NCBI GenBank assembly: GCA_038733315.1
Contig: JAVYPJ010000001.1
Location: forward strand, 107,469-171,468
DNA length: 64,000 nucleotides
Source: Candidatus Aenigmatarchaeota archaeon
Lineage (GTDB): Archaea > Aenigmatarchaeota > Aenigmatarchaeia > CG10238-14 > SpSt-28
Reading direction: 5' to 3'
This document shows, piece by piece, positions 59,381 through 64,000 of this stretch. The first letter of the stretch is position 1; each line of letters starts with the position of its first letter. The notes under the pieces are model-generated. The model ran no database searches. It was given only the letters and a program-made list of their open reading frames with translations, and had not been told where the DNA came from. The translations under genes and the position numbers were made by a program.

Positions 59381-60643
59381 TATATTTGCAAATTGTTTAT
59401 TTTGCATTAACTTTCCATAATTTTTCATTAACTTCTGAATTTTTTTGTACATAGAAATTAATTCTCTAACATCCTGCTCACTAGTTCCACTCCCCATAGC
59501 AATTCTTTTTATTCTACTTTCATTAATAATTTCTGGATTTCTTCTTTCGTCCTTTGTCATGCTCTGAATTATATATTTCCATTTTCTCATTTTTTCTTCT
59601 TGCATCTCGAAAAGGTCTTCTGGGACAGAAATTCCTAGAAATGGTATATACTTGGCTATCGAAGCTAAGGATCCTAAACTTTGAATTGTTTGAATTTGTT
59701 TCAAAAATTCTTCAAAATTAAATTCTTCTATTTCAATTTTATCTTTAAGTTCTGATTTTATTTTTTGGAGAAGGGAATTCAAATCACCTAAGCCTAACAT
59801 TCTTGAGACAAAAGATTTTGGATCATATTCTTCTATCGCATCTATTTTTTCTCCATAAGTTATGAATTTAACTTTTGCCTTGGTTACACTACATGCGTTA
59901 AGCGCACCACCAGCTTTCGCTGTACTATCTACTTTTGTAACTATTATTCCAGTAATTCCTACCAAATTATTAAATTCTTCTGCTTGTTTTTTTGCCACTT
60001 TTCCAATTTCAGCCGGTATTACTAAAAAAACTTCGTTTGGCTTAATAATTTCACCAAGAGTTTTTAATTCCTTTGCTAAATCTTTATCTAATGCATCTCT
60101 ACCAGCTGTATCGTAAATTATTATATCATATTTTTTAAATTCTAAACTTTTTTTTGCTGTATCATACAAATTTTTTTCAACAAAAAAATCTACGTGTATA
60201 TTTTCTGCTAATTGTTTTAGTTGATCTATCGCAGCTGGCCTATGAAAATCTAAAGAGACTAATAAAACCCTTAAACCCTTTTTCTGATAGTATCTAGCCA
60301 GTTTAGCAGCTGTCGTAGTTTTTCCACTACCATATAAACCAACTAACATTATCTTCCCCTTGTTTATAGTTATAGCTTTTTCTTTACCTAGAATTTCAAC
60401 AAGCTTATCATAAAGAATTTTTATTATAAACTCTCTGTATGATAAATTTGCCGGTATTTCTCCTTTTTTTATTTCGTTTTTTATCTCAGATAAAATCTTA
60501 TTTACAATAGAAATGTCTACATCGCTTTCCAATAAAATAACCTTAAACTCGTTCAAAATTTCATTTATTGTTCTTTCATCAAGTTTTGATGAATAAATTT
60601 TTCTAACTATATTTTCGATTTTCTTAGCTAAGGATCCGAACAT
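59354..60643 (-). CDS. srp54: Signal recognition particle protein SRP54.
   Basis: The NG domain has GLYGSGKTTT, DTAGR and TKVD. The C-terminal M domain is Met-rich. Confidence 0.9.
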   Translation of the reverse strand: MFGSLAKKIENIVRKIYSSKLDERTINEILNEFKVILLESDVDISIVNKILSEIKNEIKKGEIPANLSYREFIIKILYDKLVEILGKEKAITINKGKIMLVGLYGSGKTTTAAKLARYYQKKGLRVLLVSLDFHRPAAIDQLKQLAENIHVDFFVEKNLYDTAKKSLEFKKYDIIIYDTAGRDALDKDLAKELKTLGEIIKPNEVFLVIPAEIGKVAKKQAEEFNNLVGITGIIVTKVDSTAKAGGALNACSVTKAKVKFITYGEKIDAIEEYDPKSFVSRMLGLGDLNSLLQKIKSELKDKIEIEEFNFEEFLKQIQTIQSLGSLASIAKYIPFLGISVPEDLFEMQEEKMRKWKYIIQSMTKDERRNPEIINESRIKRIAMGSGTSEQDVRELISMYKKIQKLMKNYGKLMQNKQFANILRRFGIGS

Positions 60644-60670
60644 AAATATTTATCTTTTTCTAAATTATTT

Positions 60671-60794
60671 GTGGGTGGCGACCAAAGCGACCAGGAACCA
60701 CCCGTTCCCATACCGAACACGGAAGTGAAACTGGTCAGCGTACTCTTGAGTACTGCTGCGTGAGCAGCGGGAAAGAGAGTGCGTCGCCGCCCAC
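60671..60794 (+). rRNA. rrf: 5S ribosomal RNA.
   Basis: It is a GC-rich island. Terminal helix GTGGGTGGCGAC pairs with GTCGCCGCCCAC. The conserved CCGAACACGGAAGTGAAAC region is present. Confidence 0.8.
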
Positions 60795-60796
60795 TA

Positions 60797-61195
60797 TTAT
60801 ATAAATTTAATTATCTTCTCTTTTGGATTTGAAAAATGAAAAAATAAATGAGATTCGCAATTGCAATCACTACAACCAAAATTTGGAATTAAATCGCTAC
60901 TTATCTTTTCAATAATTCTAGCTAACTCACACTCTTCTTTTTTTGTTTTGACGACATCTATTATTTTAACATTATTATTAACTAGCAAATAATCGATATG
61001 CCATCTTAAATTACCCTTTTTTTCCTTATTTAGTTTGAAGTATCTTTTCAACCTCTCATCTATTCCTAAATTTTTTCCATTGGCACTACCAACATAAGAA
61101 TAAAACCCCCTTCTAAACTCTATTTCTCCAATCTTTCCTATTTTTAAAACTTGATTGCTCTCCATTTTTAATATTAAAACATAAGAACCTTTCAT
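60797..61195 (-). CDS. DUF123 (GIY-YIG-like) family protein.
   Basis: KGSYVLILKM...IGKIG...FRRGFYSYVGSA...RWHIDYL matches the DUF123 pattern. It is next to a tRNA gene, which is typical. Confidence 0.45.
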   Translation of the reverse strand: MKGSYVLILKMESNQVLKIGKIGEIEFRRGFYSYVGSANGKNLGIDERLKRYFKLNKEKKGNLRWHIDYLLVNNNVKIIDVVKTKKEECELARIIEKISSDLIPNFGCSDCNCESHLFFHFSNPKEKIIKFI

Positions 61196-61235
61196 ATTAT
61201 TAATAATCTTAAATTTTTTATACTTATATTTATAA

Positions 61236-61308
61236 GCCTCGGTCGTCTAGTGGACTAGGATGCGGGCCTGTCACGCCCGAGACCCGGGTTCGAATCCCGG
61301 CCGAGGCG
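61236..61308 (+). tRNA. tRNA-Asp (anticodon GUC).
   Basis: The acceptor is GCCTCGG/CCGAGGC. The anticodon stem CGGGC/GCCCG has loop CTGTCAC. The T-loop is TTCGAAT. Confidence 0.85.
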
Positions 61309-61354
61309 CGATTTTTAAATTAACCTAAATAAATATTTTTACAGAACTAAAATT

Positions 61355-61591
61355 ATGACAAAAAAAGGAAAAATTAAATTGAATTTGGATACGCTAGAAA
61401 ACGTTATGACTTATACCATAATCTTTTCTGCAATTTTAATAATGATTGGTGTTTTAATCTCTATAGTTAATAAATCTATCGCATTTTGGATTACTTCGTT
61501 TGGCTCTATAATAATTTTCTTTTCTATATTTGGTTTAGTTATAGTAATTTTTTTAAAAGAATTTAGAAAAGACAACAAACAAAATAAATAG
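61355..61591 (+). CDS. Small membrane protein, hypothetical.
   Basis: It is 78 aa with two hydrophobic helices. Confidence 0.25.
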   Translation: MTKKGKIKLNLDTLENVMTYTIIFSAILIMIGVLISIVNKSIAFWITSFGSIIIFFSIFGLVIVIFLKEFRKDNKQNK

Positions 61592-61608
61592 TTTATTATT
61601 GAAATATT

Positions 61609-62013
61609 ATGAAATTTAAACCCAAATATTCAAAAGAAGAAATAGAAAAATTAGTTGTAAAGCTAGCGAAAGAAGGTTATAAACCTTCGATGATTGGACT
61701 AATTTTAAGGGATTCCTTTGGAATATTTAGTGTTAAAGAGATTACTGGTAAAAACATCTTAAAGATTTTAGAAGAAAATGAAATAAAATTAGAAATACCA
61801 GAAGATTTGTTAAATTTAATGAAAAAAGCTGTAAAGCTAAGAGAGCATTTATCAATACATAAAAAAGATGAACACTCCAGAAGAGGGTTAATTTTAATAG
61901 AATCTAAAATAAAAAGGTTAGAAGAGTATTATAAAAGGGTTGGTAAACTTCCTTTTGACTGGAAGTACAATCCAGAAAGTGCTAAGATAATAGTTCAAAA
62001 GTATTCAGTTTAA
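61609..62013 (+). CDS. rps15: Ribosomal protein S15 (S13e family).
   Basis: [28 protein letters not shown]...EHSRRGL matches S15P/S13e. Confidence 0.8.
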   Translation: MKFKPKYSKEEIEKLVVKLAKEGYKPSMIGLILRDSFGIFSVKEITGKNILKILEENEIKLEIPEDLLNLMKKAVKLREHLSIHKKDEHSRRGLILIESKIKRLEEYYKRVGKLPFDWKYNPESAKIIVQKYSV

Positions 62014-62015
62014 AA

Positions 62016-62576
62016 ATGAAGGAGAAAAAACAGCTATTTAAAGTTAAACTATTAGCAAGCGAAGAATTCGGAAATAAAGAAATTACTGAAACCCTTTGTA
62101 GCGAATATTCGTACTTAATAAACAGAAGGTTTTATCTAAACTTATCAGAATTGTTAGATACAAATAGATATCAATATAAAATTTGGTTTAGAATTTTTAA
62201 AATTGAAAACGGAATTGCATATTCTAGATTTGATGGAGTAGAAACTCTAAGAGAGCATATATACAATGCAATATATCCGGGAGTAAAAACTATAAGAATT
62301 TATACAAACGTTACCACAAAAGATGGTTGTCTATTGAGAGTTAAATACATTCTTACTTTTAGAAAACTAAACTCTAAGAAAGAGTCGAGTATTAGAAAAA
62401 TTGTTGAAGAAAATACAAAAAAAATTCTTTCAGAAATGACTATAAAAGATATTATAAATAATTTAATTTTAAAAAACACTGTAATAAAGAAAATTGAAAA
62501 GGAAGTAAAAAAAATTAATATACCTTTATTTTTAGAAATTATAAAGATAGAAAGAAAAGATAAAATACCATCTTAA
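62016..62576 (+). CDS. rps3ae: Ribosomal protein S3Ae-like.
   Basis: VTTKDGCLLRVKYILTFRK and the preceding region resemble the S3Ae core. It follows S15, as in several archaea. Confidence 0.5.
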   Translation: MKEKKQLFKVKLLASEEFGNKEITETLCSEYSYLINRRFYLNLSELLDTNRYQYKIWFRIFKIENGIAYSRFDGVETLREHIYNAIYPGVKTIRIYTNVTTKDGCLLRVKYILTFRKLNSKKESSIRKIVEENTKKILSEMTIKDIINNLILKNTVIKKIEKEVKKINIPLFLEIIKIERKDKIPS

Positions 62577-63682
62577 AATTTAAATATACTTTTTAAGATT
62601 AAAAGAAGTAAGAGAAGTATTGTAAATGTGGATAAGAACTTAAAAACTACTTCTCCTTTTTTCCCAAATTTTTCCTCTAATAAATCATAGAAAAATAGTC
62701 CGCCATCTAATGGTTTAATGGGTAATAAGTTAAACATTCCTATACCTATATTTAAAAAGAATAGCCAAAATAAAAATTCTCTTAAGGTTAATAAAACAGG
62801 TAAAAAAACTTCTCTATTTGCTTGAGTAAATTCATTCTTAGGATAGTATGCATTTTTGATAAATCTAATTTTAATACTTTCATTTATAGTTATGTCAAAC
62901 GAACTGTTTATAGTTTGAATAGTAACATTCTGTGTTTTATTTTCTCTTATTCTTTTCATGACAATAGCAAGCTCAGTTATATCATCTACTTTTTCATTAT
63001 TTATTTTTAATATTGTAAGTGTTGTATTTTTTCCGCTAGATTCATCTAAAATTTCAACCTCTACTCCACCAAAGTTTAAAAATATTATATTAGCTATTAT
63101 AATGAGTAAAAGTAATGCTAAAATGCCTACAATAAAATTTGCAAAAGAGCCAGCTGCATATATTTTTAATCTTTTGATTAATTCTATTTTCTTTAATTTT
63201 TTTTCATCTAATTCAACAAAAAAAGCAGGTAAAACTAATAAAAAAGCATATCCCATAGATTTTATCCTCAGATTACTTATCCTAGCTAAAAACGCATGAG
63301 CTAATTCGTGAGAAATCGCTATAATAGGTATTATAATAAACCAAAAACAAGCAGGAACACAAAGAACAAAAGAAGAATTGCATAACATCGGAAGCGATGG
63401 TAATACTACCTGTACTGGAGCTATCTTAGGCGGTTTAAATAATTCTATCAAAGAAAAATAAAAAAACAGAGCAAAAGAAACGTATACAGAAATTATTGCG
63501 AGAACTCCAAAAATGTTAAAAAACTTTGAAAATCTTAAAGAAATCCCTTCGATTTTTTTATTAAAATTTTTTGTTTTTCTTAAAAGTAGAGGGCCATGAA
63601 TTTCAATGTTTTTTCTATCTAAAAATAAAAATATTCCTATACTAAATATTATAACAAGCCCTATTATACTATCTAAATCCAT
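62573..63682 (-). CDS. Site-2 protease-family membrane zinc metalloprotease with a PDZ-like insertion.
   Basis: HELAHAF (HExxH) sits in a TM helix. The protein is polytopic. Confidence 0.75.
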   Translation of the reverse strand: MDLDSIIGLVIIFSIGIFLFLDRKNIEIHGPLLLRKTKNFNKKIEGISLRFSKFFNIFGVLAIISVYVSFALFFYFSLIELFKPPKIAPVQVVLPSLPMLCNSSFVLCVPACFWFIIIPIIAISHELAHAFLARISNLRIKSMGYAFLLVLPAFFVELDEKKLKKIELIKRLKIYAAGSFANFIVGILALLLLIIIANIIFLNFGGVEVEILDESSGKNTTLTILKINNEKVDDITELAIVMKRIRENKTQNVTIQTINSSFDITINESIKIRFIKNAYYPKNEFTQANREVFLPVLLTLREFLFWLFFLNIGIGMFNLLPIKPLDGGLFFYDLLEEKFGKKGEVVFKFLSTFTILLLLLLILKSIFKF

Positions 63683-63714
63683 AAAGTTTCATTAACTAAT
63701 ATTTTTATTTATAT

Positions 63715-63832
63715 GCGGGGGTCGCCTAGCCTGGTCAATGGCGGCGGGCTCAAGAGAAATTGAGCTTTGATAGCTAATGATAAGAAACCCGCTGGCTTAG
63801 TGCCGTCGTGGGTTCAAATCCCACCCCCCGCA
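63715..63832 (+). tRNA. tRNA-Leu (anticodon CAA) with an intron of about 32 nt after the anticodon loop and a long variable arm.
   Basis: The acceptor is GCGGGGG/CCCCCGC plus A. The anticodon stem GCGGG/CCCGC has loop CTCAAGA interrupted by the intron. The variable arm is GGC-TTAGT-GCC. The T-arm is GTGGG-TTCAAAT-CCCAC. Confidence 0.75.
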
Positions 63833-64000
63833 ATATTTTTGCTGCAGTAAAAATATATTCTTTTTTCTTATTTATAATATTCCATGAAAATGAACATAGC
63901 TAAAAATATGATAGTTTTAATTGTTATAATAACTCTTCTTTCGATAGCAAAATTTTTGCTTAATTTATATTCCCTAGAAGTTTTTGAGTTCCAATCTGCC

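Noticed and set aside
1-64000. Search for a CRISPR array, integrase or transposase, or other mobile element.
   Set aside because: No regularly spaced direct repeats, recombinase motifs or IS-like ORFs were seen. The only notable repeats are intragenic (23488..25945) and the 22-bp inverted repeat at 50787..50874.

Overview
This is an AT-rich (roughly 25-30% GC), gene-dense archaeal chromosomal segment. Both strands are used and many adjacent genes overlap by 4 nt (ATGA). The content is mostly informational: family-B DNA polymerase, topoisomerase VI A and B, RFC large subunit, TFB, Spt5, SecE, FtsZ, SRP54 and FtsY, MetRS, ProRS, aIF1A, aIF2beta, RNase P protein subunits, and many ribosomal proteins (S26e-like, S8e, S10, S5, L18, L19e, S11, S4, S13, L15e, L11, L1, P0, P1, S15, S3Ae). 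The RNA genes are one 5S rRNA, tRNA-Pro(UGG), tRNA-Asp(GUC) and an intron-containing tRNA-Leu(CAA). The ribosomal superoperons are fragmented. Secreted nuclease and CAP-domain genes are present and type IV pilus-like parts are scattered, which suggests a small-genome, possibly DPANN-like, archaeon. That is inference only. The most unusual loci are listed here. (1) A five-gene minus-strand operon: two divergent paralogous GT-B glycosyltransferase-like genes bracket a wHTH regulator and a PqqD/RRE-like small protein, ending in a MinD/ParA ATPase. (2) A 1375-aa secreted protein with three in-frame DUF2341-like repeats, two of which share about 298 nt of exact DNA identity. (3) A compact NurA-HerA pair with no Mre11/Rad50 nearby, flanked by PIN and MBL-fold genes. 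(4) An ATG-less 150-codon ORF with a GC-rich hairpin. (5) A TFB-Zn-ribbon-MetRS translationally coupled operon. No CRISPR array or obvious integrase or transposase was seen.
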